Part shown: piece after piece, positions 54,943 through 64,000 of the stretch
Layout of the letters: every line of letters begins with the position of its first letter
Numbering within the stretch: position 1 is the stretch's first letter
Source: Flectonema sp. DT1601
Taxonomy: Eukaryota
Direction: 5' to 3'
DNA: 64,000 nucleotides
Assembly: GCA_964019425.1 (NCBI GenBank)
Contig: OZ025790.1
Location: forward strand, 1,426,001 to 1,490,000
Translations under genes and position numbers: made by a program
Notes under the pieces: generated by a model
The model's database searches: none
The model's input: the letters and a program-made list of their open reading frames with translations, nothing else
What the model was told of the DNA's origin: nothing

Positions 54943-57900
54943 CTGTTTCCTTATAATTTATATCTTTTTTATTTCTCGAACCTTCTTTTGTGTGGAGACA
55001 TCCACCCGAACCCCGGTCCACAAAAAAAGCAAAAAAACAGTGAGCTGAGAATTGTATCTTTTATTGTTTGTGGTCTCAAGTCGAAATCCGACGAAATAAC
55101 TTTTTTTTTACAAAATATAAAACCTGACCTATTCATGGTTCAGGAAACATTGTTAAAGGATAACGACGAAACCATTAATTTTAATGGGTACAAGTGTCTC
55201 AGAAGAGACCGGAGAATTCCGGTAAAAAAAAACGCACCCGTCAGAGGTGGTGGATTGGCAATTTTTTACAAAAACAGCCTAAGCGTGACAGCATTCGCTG
55301 TTGCACAACACAGCCAAGACTGCACTGAAGTCCAGGGCATTTTTGTGTCAAATTCAAAACAAACTGTAAGGGTATACAACGTGTACAGACCACCGGTAAG
55401 CCAATCAACCTCTGATAGGTCCCCCTCTTTTGATATGAATAGTATTTTTCTTTTTAATAAAAATGATAAAGTAGTTATCGCGGGGGATCTTAACGCAAGG
55501 CATCCACTCTGGGACCCGAGAGACGAGTCAAACACAAATGGCCATGAAGTCTCGACTTTTCTAAACAATAACCAGTTTGAATGCTGCAACGTTAAGGAAA
55601 TCCCCACAAGACCAAAATCAAACACTTCTCCTGATGTTGTTCTCCAAAAAAACTGTGATATTGGCAACTGGACGACGCTCGAATCTCTATCAAGCGATCA
55701 TGTACCAATGTATTTTTCTCTTTCTTTTTTTTCGGATTCGATAAACAGAGCGAACGGTGCAACGGTTTTTTCTTATAATTGGAACAGGGCACTGTGGCCA
55801 AACTACAGCTCCCACCTCGAAAGGGTGGCGAAGCGACTTGAAAAGATTCAAGATAACCAGAAATTATCAATGGAATTCATAAGAGAATTAAAAAATGCGT
55901 TACGGATCTTTGTACCAAGGATTTATTTGAAAGGAAAGTCACCAAAGAAGTGGTGGAACACGACGGTTGCATCTAAGTTTCATGAGTTCAACGAGTCACA
56001 TTGTGACCAACGGGATGATCTTACAGATCTGTCGCAACAGGGAAAGTCAATTTTTACATCTTTAAAAAAAGAACTCAAAAAAACAGTCGTTGATGCCAAG
56101 AATCAACAGTTTAAAAAAAGCCTTAAAAAAGACAAGTCTATTATTGAAGCTTTTGAAGACATAAGAGGCCTTGATGGAAGATCAAGACTTAAAGAAATTC
56201 GAGAAATCACCTGTGGTGATAAACTTGTTACAGATGATGTGGAAAAAGCATCAATTTTCAATAATCAATTTTTACAACGTGTTGGTAACATCAAAGAAAA
56301 AACAAAGACAAAGAAAATAGAAACAGACCCTTCTGATTTTACACCATTTACACAACATGAACTTAGAATCCAATTGAGAGGAATGGCTCTGGAAAAGAAT
56401 TCACCAGATGGCGTTCAAGGTATTCTTCTTAACCATTTGGGACCTAGAATGCTAAACATTTTACTTAAGATTTTTAACAATTCGTGGAAACATTCTGTTG
56501 TCCCGAGTGATTGGAAAGACACACACTGGATCCCTGTTTTAAAAAAAGGAAAACCCCCAAACCTCCCCTCTTCATATAGAATGATCTCTCTCACCCCTTT
56601 TATTGCGAAATTGATGGAAAGAATGGTGAAGGAACGTCTTACGTATTTTATGCAATCACCGAATGAAAAGAAAACTGACGGTATTGGTTTCAACCAAACT
56701 TCTTATCGGAAAACGCGTTCTTGCCGGGAAAACATCCTATATGTTACGGACAGACTTAGATTTCTTAAACACCAAAAAAAGTCAGCGGCCCTTGTTCTTC
56801 TTGATATCGAAAAAGCTTTTGATAGTGTGAACCATGATCTTCTCCTTCAAAGGATGGTAGATCTTGGAATACCAAAACATTTTATAGCCTGGATTCAGGC
56901 CTTTCTTAAAAAACGAAGAGCAGCGGTTGTTGTTAATAATGAAAAAGGTTCTTACCACAATGTTTATTCTGGCGTTCCACAAGGAACAGTTTTGTCGGCT
57001 CTACTTTTTACTCTGTATATTGAAAAAGTCGCAGAAAGACTAGATATTACGGTTGCTAAGTATGCGGATGATATTGCTTTTGTAGTTGATGATGAAGGGA
57101 AAGGTTTTACTTATCATTTGGCAAAAACGAAATATTTCTTTAATGAGATTGAAAAGGATCTAAACGAATTAAAATTAAAAGTAAGTTATGAGCCTGACAA
57201 AACAAAACTTGTGTATTATCCCTACTCCCCAAATTCCCCACTACAAACACCTTTCACTTTTACTTCAAATTTAACAAAAAATATTGTTCCATGTGTTGAT
57301 AGCGCCAAGCTTCTTGGGGTGATCCTTGATAACAAGCTCGATTGGAAACAGCATATCTCGTACATTTGTAGAAGAGTTAATCTTCGCTTAAGGTATCTGA
57401 AGCTTGTCGCATCAAAAGCATGGGGACAGTGTACTGCAACTTTGCGTGAGGTGTATGATTTGTATATTCGACCTGTCATAACAAACTCGTGTGAAGCTTT
57501 TTATCCTGAAGTTAGGTATAAAAAGATTCACATGGACAGGCTTCTCTCTTTACACCTTAGGGGTGCGTGCTATGTCTTAGGTGCCTTACCACCAACAAGG
57601 GAAACAAGAGATAAGATCTTTTTTGAGGCACAACAACAAAGTATCAACACCCATTTGAGACTTGAAACTGGTAGATGGTTCGCCAAAATGGCGCGAATCA
57701 CGTCCCCTTTATTAAATGTCTTTATTCCACCTGAAAGAATATCCTCAACACCCATTGATTCTTTTACTCGTTTAGGAATGAATGTTCTGAAAGAACACAA
57801 CCTTCTATCACTCAGTTTTGAGAAATATCCCATTTACGTTCATCCTCCATGGAGTTTTTCAAATGATTTCAATGTTTTTAAACCAGAAATGCATGTTAGA

Positions 57901-58887
57901 AAAAAAAAAGACAAAAAGAAAAATAAAAAAGCCTGTGAAGCTGTTCTTAATGAAATAAGGAAAGATTATGAACCAGTCTTAGAGGTATATACCGATGGTG
58001 CCGTTGTTGAAGAACGCGGTGCTGCGGGTGTGTACATCATAGACAGCGAAGGAAATGAATTTCTCACAAACAAAAGTGAAGCAGGAATAATCTGCACCTC
58101 TTTTAGGGCTGAAATGATGGCGATCAAAAACGCTTTTGTTTTACTTTTTAAGGAATTTAAACCGCCGGAAAATGCGTCAGTTTTATTTGTGTCAGACTCC
58201 TCCAGTGCCTTGATGGAACTGGAAAAAGGGGGAACAAAACAGAAAACGAGACTAGGAAGCCGCATCTGGCAGTTTATTGAATTTTTCAACAATAAATTCA
58301 AAACAAAGTTTATTTTCCAGCATGTCTTTTCTCACTGTGGTATTGTCGGAAACGAAGAAGCAGACAAACTAGCCCAAAACATTTCATTAAAAAAAGATGA
58401 AGAAACCCTTTTAAAACAAAAAAAAGTTCCCATAGACTACAGCACCCATGTAGCTAAACTAAAACACAGAATAAAAGAAAAATTTGACCCCCGTCCTTTC
58501 CCATCTGAAACTGAAAGAGCGGAAGAAATTCTGATTTCACAACTCAGAATTGGCGACTGTAAACAAACACAAGGGAAATGTCCTAGGTGCAGAGAAAAAG
58601 ACTCTGTAGAGCACCTGTTAGCAAAATGCTCAAAGTACAGAAAAGAGAGGAGGGTGTATCTCCAGAAAGACTCTCTAACACAAGAAGAGTTAAAGGATTG
58701 TCTTTCCACTGTACAAGGACTAGAGAATGTTTTTCTTTTTATGTCATCTGCAAGAAGATATGTATTTCCAGAAAAAGAAAAGAAAAAAGAAAATTTGAGT
58801 CAGGAAACAAAGAAAGAAAATGAAGAAAACGTTATCCTTCAACCCACACTTTTCAATACTGTGATTCAAAACTCACAACTGACTTGA
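54943..58887 (+). CDS. Retrotransposon A2 ORF2: 2A-like peptide, APE, RT, RNase H, CCHC (in frame with ORF1, no ATG before 2A)
   Basis: LLLCGDIHPNPGP; APE MVQET, YRPP, AGDLNARH, SSDHVP; RT LDIEKAFDSV, GVPQGTVLS, YADD; RNase H YTDGA, FRAEM, VSDS, HCGIVGNEEAD; CPRC...EHLLAKC. Confidence 0.92.
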   Translation: MFPYNLYLFYFSNLLLCGDIHPNPGPQKKQKNSELRIVSFIVCGLKSKSDEITFFLQNIKPDLFMVQETLLKDNDETINFNGYKCLRRDRRIPVKKNAPVRGGGLAIFYKNSLSVTAFAVAQHSQDCTEVQGIFVSNSKQTVRVYNVYRPPVSQSTSDRSPSFDMNSIFLFNKNDKVVIAGDLNARHPLWDPRDESNTNGHEVSTFLNNNQFECCNVKEIPTRPKSNTSPDVVLQKNCDIGNWTTLESLSSDHVPMYFSLSFFSDSINRANGATVFSYNWNRALWPNYSSHLERVAKRLEKIQDNQKLSMEFIRELKNALRIFVPRIYLKGKSPKKWWNTTVASKFHEFNESHCDQRDDLTDLSQQGKSIFTSLKKELKKTVVDAKNQQFKKSLKKDKSIIEAFEDIRGLDGRSRLKEIREITCGDKLVTDDVEKASIFNNQFLQRVGNIKEKTKTKKIETDPSDFTPFTQHELRIQLRGMALEKNSPDGVQGILLNHLGPRMLNILLKIFNNSWKHSVVPSDWKDTHWIPVLKKGKPPNLPSSYRMISLTPFIAKLMERMVKERLTYFMQSPNEKKTDGIGFNQTSYRKTRSCRENILYVTDRLRFLKHQKKSAALVLLDIEKAFDSVNHDLLLQRMVDLGIPKHFIAWIQAFLKKRRAAVVVNNEKGSYHNVYSGVPQGTVLSALLFTLYIEKVAERLDITVAKYADDIAFVVDDEGKGFTYHLAKTKYFFNEIEKDLNELKLKVSYEPDKTKLVYYPYSPNSPLQTPFTFTSNLTKNIVPCVDSAKLLGVILDNKLDWKQHISYICRRVNLRLRYLKLVASKAWGQCTATLREVYDLYIRPVITNSCEAFYPEVRYKKIHMDRLLSLHLRGACYVLGALPPTRETRDKIFFEAQQQSINTHLRLETGRWFAKMARITSPLLNVFIPPERISSTPIDSFTRLGMNVLKEHNLLSLSFEKYPIYVHPPWSFSNDFNVFKPEMHVRKKKDKKKNKKACEAVLNEIRKDYEPVLEVYTDGAVVEERGAAGVYIIDSEGNEFLTNKSEAGIICTSFRAEMMAIKNAFVLLFKEFKPPENASVLFVSDSSSALMELEKGGTKQKTRLGSRIWQFIEFFNNKFKTKFIFQHVFSHCGIVGNEEADKLAQNISLKKDEETLLKQKKVPIDYSTHVAKLKHRIKEKFDPRPFPSETERAEEILISQLRIGDCKQTQGKCPRCREKDSVEHLLAKCSKYRKERRVYLQKDSLTQEELKDCLSTVQGLENVFLFMSSARRYVFPEKEKKKENLSQETKKENEENVILQPTLFNTVIQNSQLT

Positions 58888-59367
58888 TTTCTCAAGCTTC
58901 CAAATTAACCAAAGTAGCACCTACACCATGGGGATGGTCTGATTGTTGATTGACTGATAGGCCGATATAGATTGGACACAGATCGAGAGTTTTTGAGAGA
59001 TCTTAGATGAAAGTCCGCACCTTTCAGGCCATCCCCAAAAAGCACATAGCAGCTACAGCTATGTCAATTCAAATTGCGACGAGCTGCAACTTCGACATGA
59101 AGTTTTTCGTTATTGTTCTTACCTTCTCCACATATTTACATATGTGATAAGTATAAGTCATATCTTACGATTGACAATTCCTCCCCATAAATAAATTTCT
59201 TTTTATTATTTTATTTTACACCTGCCTTACTAACTTGGGGAGAAAGAAAGGAAGAACAATGGGCCTCTTATGAGGTGGGCAATTGCCCTGGACCCACATT
59301 AAATGTACGCGTGTTTTGCGTCAGCCCGTTGCTGTAGAAAAAGAAGAGACAGTTTCAGGTAGTAATG

Positions 59368-59408
<41 letters not shown>

Positions 59409-59611
59409 TTTTATTTATTTTATTTATTTAGTCACATCCCCCCTGTCTTTCTACTTTGTTTTTATTCTTTCTGAGCATACTCGCTCTTCTTATTTTTTAA
59501 CTAAGTAAATAAGCAACAACGAGTGCAACTGTTGTGAGTCCGTTGGAGGACTTCCCCGGATAGGAAGCTCACGACACTGTAAGTACAAAGCGAATATTTA
59601 TTTTTTATTTC

Positions 59612-62600
59612 TTTTTTTTTTTTTGGTTACACTCGTCTGTGCTACCAAACTCTCTGTTTTTGTTCTTTTCACTTCTATGTTTTGTCTTTCTTTTTGACTT
59701 AAGTCTGACAAATTGGAAAACACGGGAAACATAGGTAGGCTCCGCCTGAGGACGTAAGAAGAGCGGCAACGGAAAAATAAGTGGTCACGCGTCCTTGAAA
59801 TTGGACACATGAAGCTAATTCGGTTACCATTCCTACCATCGATAAGGAAAAAACAAAGAATCGAGCATATAACTAGAGCGGTGGTCAAAGACCACTTGAA
59901 CAGCCCGAAGGCCTGCCCTCAAGAGAAATTTATAAGGAGAATAGGAGAAGAAGGAGACAGGAGTGTTGGAAGAGACACTGCGACAACACCGAAGGTGGTG
60001 TGCAGTTACCCAACCAGGAGATGATTGATAATGATGAAAATACTAAAAATAATAACAAATTGATATTGGCGACTACATGTCACCTACTTTACTTCCAAAG
60101 TCTAAGGTTAGATGTTTGTTCCATCCACCTTATGATCAACGCGAGTGATGGAAGCCACGCCAAAGTGAAGAGAGCTTCAAGGTTAGGAATTTCGTTGGCA
60201 ATAATAAGTTCTCGATCGCGATCCCACTTGCCGGTCAGTGTTGAGAAGCCCAGGATTTTGAACCTGGCAGAGTCGAGTTTGGGAGATTGACATCCCTGCA
60301 GCAGGTGAACCTGTGAGGACGGTTCGCCACAAAATGGGCAGTCGATTTTCTTGCGCCAGTTCTGAATTAGCGGGTGACATCCTGTCCGGAAGTTCGCTAT
60401 CCGTATCTCGTCGGCTCTTTCCATCCCAGGAGGGTATTTAACGGAACGGCCTCCGATGAGGTGTTTGTAGCAGGTGTTACCACTCACGTTAAGCAGATCC
60501 TTTTTGATGCAGCGCTTAACATGTGATGATCGCGAGAAGTAAGTGCCTTTGACTAGCACAGGTCGGATGTTCTTGTTGTGCGCTGCTTCCTTTGCAAGCG
60601 CGTCAACTTCATCGTGAAACTCGATTCCAATGTGTGAGGGGATGAATTGCAAATGCACTTTCATTTCACACATGCGCAGGTATTCTAGTATCTTGAGGGA
60701 CTCAGTATTCCTCTGTCTGCACCTTCCACCCAGCAGTTCATCCAGAAGGGATTTTGAGTCCGTGAATAGCCTTACAGATCTCATTGAAGGATCTTTGCTA
60801 AACACTGTTCTCAGATGTCTAGCCGCGTTCTTCAGAGCATGTTGTTCAGCCCTGTAGCTGCAGTCAGCTTGATAAAGCCTAGACGCGTAAGCAGATCGAA
60901 GGCCGCTACGTGACTTGGCAATATGAGCCGCACCGGCCGCGCCGGAAGCAGAGTAGGAGCCATCGCAGTTGATTACCATGTCGACAGGAGGTAACGTTCC
61001 AATGTACGACATGAATTTTTCTTTGTCCACCGCAGGGTTCGCGGACTTCGGAAATCCGCAGCCGTTGCTAATCCTAAGGTTTGTCGGAGATACCCAGGGT
61101 TCCATCGAGTCAGGCTGCACAAGGCACTGGCTTTCACGCTGGCTGTCAATGCCAGGAAGGAGGCCAGCCCAGTAGCTTTGGGTTGAGGCGAGTCTGTTGG
61201 TACTAGGTATCCAAGTCATGGCTTTATACCTGTAGTACGCTATCTTGGTTTGCTTTTCAATCTGACGTTTAAAAGGAAGCATGTCCGCTTCCCACAGTAG
61301 AAGTTCTCTCGGTGTGCACCTGCTGCATCCAGTAACCAGCCTGGCAACCTTCCTCAGTTCGAAATCAATACTATCAACGCTGTTGCTTATCAACCAACCA
61401 AAGCTATCGAGCGCATAAGAGATTCTCGCAGTTACGTAAAGGTTCTTGACCATATTTAGCGTTTTGTAGTCAAGATCATACGGTTGAAGGCATTGAAGCA
61501 GAGATATTCCCTTTTTCAGTTCTTCATGAATCTTAGCCACCTGTTTGTGGAAAGTGAGTCTGTCGTCGATGTGAACTCCGAGGTATTTCACTGAGTCCAC
61601 GATTGGCAACAGAAATGCGGTTTTAAATCTGGCTTTCACCACCATCACGTTGTCTTCGAGAACAATATTCCGCAACATCACGTTGTCAAGTTCGTCTTGC
61701 GTTTTGATCGGAGTTCCATCAACCTCGAGAATAGTTTCGCCGCTTTGAAGCATGGGTCTAGAAGAGTTTAAGTTGATACTCTTTTCAATGTCACTATAGT
61801 CCATTTTGATAACGTTTTCCACAACAGATCTGGAAAATAGTAATTCGCGATTGCAGGTGTCGTTGAGAATCGTATCCTTCGTACGGACTTTCATCTTAAG
61901 AGCACAGGTCTTTGAGACCGACAGGGCCATGTCGTTGTCAGAACACCATTGATCCACTTTATCAAGTATTATTTGAGCATTTGAAAGAGCTTCTTCCATG
62001 TTATGTCCAGATACTACACATGCTGTATCATCCGCATACAGAGCAGACGTCGTTGTTTCTTTCTCCAGTTCCAAAATCTTGCAGAGGTCATCAACGTAGA
62101 TAAGATAGAGAAGAGGACCCAGGATCGATCCCTGTGGAACCCCCTTAGCCAGAGTACGGAATTCGCTAAGATAACCATTCGCTTCAACTCTAACCTTCCT
62201 GTTTGTAAGAAAGTCTGTGATCCATCTGATAATAACATTCGGAACACCCATCTTTACCAATTTTAATAAAAGTATCTTATGGTTGATCCTGTCAAACGCA
62301 GCAGTAAAATCAAACGATAAGAACACCGATCTCTTTCTCTTCATGTGCATCCTTACGACGGCATCTACCAAAACGGTGATCTGTTCGCAGGTATTTCTCC
62401 CCCTTCTGAAACCAGCCTGTAGTGGGCTGAGTGACGAATGTTTAGTGAGCCAGTGCATGAGTCGGTCATACACGAGCCTCTCCGCAAGTTTCCCAACAAC
62501 CGATGTGAGCGTAATGGGTCTGAAACTCTTCAGTTCATTCCGAGGTTTTCCAGCCTTGAACATAGGCTTGATTAAACCTTGTTTCCACTGGTACGGTACT

Positions 62601-62730
62601 TTTGAAGTCTTCCAGGAAGTGTTAATAATTCTCAAGAGGTATTCCACTGTTGCCGGAGTGAAGTTTTTGATCATCTCATTGTGAACTCCATCAGGTCCTG
62701 CAGCCTTGCGGGTCTTCAGTAAGTCTTCAG
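59612..62730 (-). mobile_element. 5'-truncated LINE copy (element B2): RT, RNase H, CCHC, 3' UTR, poly(A)
   Basis: ORF 60089-62674 extends upstream to KAAGPDGV; RT DFTAAFD, GVPQGSILGP, YVDD/YADD, KYLGV; RNase H NCDGS, FTDSKS, FIPSHIG; CPFC...VHLLQGC; imperfect T-rich flanking duplication. Confidence 0.9.
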
Positions 62731-62759
62731 TTATTTTTTTATTTTTTTTTTTTTATACT

Positions 62760-64000
62760 CTTTGCGGGTTTGATCGCAGTAGGACCTCCAGCAGGCATTA
62801 TAAGATGCGATCATGGAAGGTAACTAATGCAATGGAATTCAACTACTGTTTTGGAAAAGAAGAGGCAAAAGACAAAGAAGCCGGTCTACCAATTGAAGAC
62901 GTGAAGGTGTACACAGATGGGTCTATTAGACATAGGACGAAGACGTACATGACTAAGTCAGGAGCATCTGTGATAATAGTGAAGGGTAAGGAGGTTAGCA
63001 TGACCGGATTCAGAATACCTGTAGCAGGAAGCTCCTACAGAACTGAACAGATAGCCGTGGAACAAGCGATGAGAAAACTCCTGAAAAACAAAAAGGCATC
63101 CGAAGGAATACTTCCCACAACAAAGACGCATATTCTAACTGACTCAATGTCGCTAATACAGGCACTTGAGCGAGGACCTGAAGAACAGAAATCTGCTACA
63201 AACGCATCAATCTGGAAGTTAGCACTGAAACTGGAACACAGAGGTGTTAATATTAACATGCAGTATGTCCCAGCACATATGGATGTGCTGTATAATGAAA
63301 TAGCAGACAAGGTGGCAAAACACGCTGCAGGTACGATAAAGAAACCTCCAGATGACAGTGTGGTACTCGAGAGTTTAGTTACTAGACTGGATATGGGAAC
63401 CCTTATGACTTTTCACAAGAGAAGAAAACGAGAGGAGTGGATTGGAGCCGGCGAACAGAGGCATCCACCTTTTGTAGAAGAACTGACGAGACCACAAGAA
63501 GTCCTAATGTCCCGCTTCAGAGTTGGACACTGTAGATCTCTTAAACTAAAAGGAATAAACGAACAGTGCATCTTCTGTCATGGAGATACTGCAACACCGC
63601 ATCATGTGCTTTTCAAGTGCAACCACTGGTGTATCCAAAAGATGAGATCATTGTACATACACAGCATGATTAATACCGAAACTAGTGAAGTAGTGAGTAA
63701 AGTAGAGGACTGCTTCTTAAAGGAGAATCAACGCAGCATGTCCAACTTTGTAGTGGTACTGGACCAAATAGCTGAAATGCTCGGAAGACCTGGAAATCCA
63801 TAATTTAAAGATGCGGTTCTTAGACCAAATGAGGAAGTAAACTGAACTCTTTAGAAATTGATAAAGAAAGAAAACAAAGAAGATACGAAGCCTACGGGAA
63901 CCCCCCATCCCATCCCCAATCCCCACAAAAAGAAAGTGTACAGAAGAAAGAAAGAACAACCGCGCCTAACAGCGCAAACAGCAAAGCAGGTCGAAGGAAC
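62760..64000 (+). mobile_element. 5'-truncated LINE of another family (element C): RNase H + CCHC, 3' UTR running off the window
   Basis: VYTDGS, SSYRTEQIA, LTDSMS, YVPAHMDVLYNEIAD, CIFC...HHVLFKC; stop at 63803; boundaries approximate. Confidence 0.8.

Larger units (their letters stand above)
52361..59404 (+). mobile_element. Full-length Ingi/I-like non-LTR retrotransposon (element A2): SL relics, ORF1, 2A, APE, RT, RNase H, CCHC, poly(A); interrupted by element B1
   Basis: Begins with spliced-leader sequence (52361-52372, continuing after the duplicated site at 53504-53538); intact ORFs; A-tract at 59368-59404. TSD unclear (possibly only GTTT). Confidence 0.88.

Noticed and set aside
59612..62730. 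Element B as a strictly SL-specific retrotransposon
   Set aside because: This second copy lies in T-rich non-SL sequence.

Overview
Eukaryotic nuclear DNA, most likely from a diplonemid (Euglenozoa). The evidence is a spliced-leader relic (A)ACCAACGATTCTAAAGCTACAGTTTCTGTACTTTATTG, host genes all on the + strand, and a few short GT-AG introns. Host genes: a PTAI-repeat mucin, an EGF-domain protein, PEX16, two Ubl-LRR paralogs (one disrupted), a RING-CCCH protein, two tandem LYS1 copies, a calpain with a C2 domain, a cupin, PIG-V, a mitochondrial-type HMG-box protein, a Ubl-UBA protein and several hypotheticals. A U3 snoRNA, U2 snRNA and tRNA-Arg(TCT) cluster is followed by a nest of non-LTR retrotransposons. 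Main result: two very divergent full-length APE/RT LINEs (19818-27612 and 52361-59404) share a homologous poly-Q ORF1 and the same ORF1/ORF2 junction, AAT-TGA-C followed in frame by a Met-free 26-28 codon segment ending in a 2A StopGo motif and then the APE domain. This suggests stop-codon readthrough coupled to ribosomal skipping. Their 5' ends differ: one starts exactly at an HDV-like ribozyme, the other at a reverse-transcribed spliced leader that was apparently spliced onto the AG inside an older SL relic. U2 and U3 share a B-box-like element at -87/-88. All calls were read by eye; no database searches or folding programs were run.
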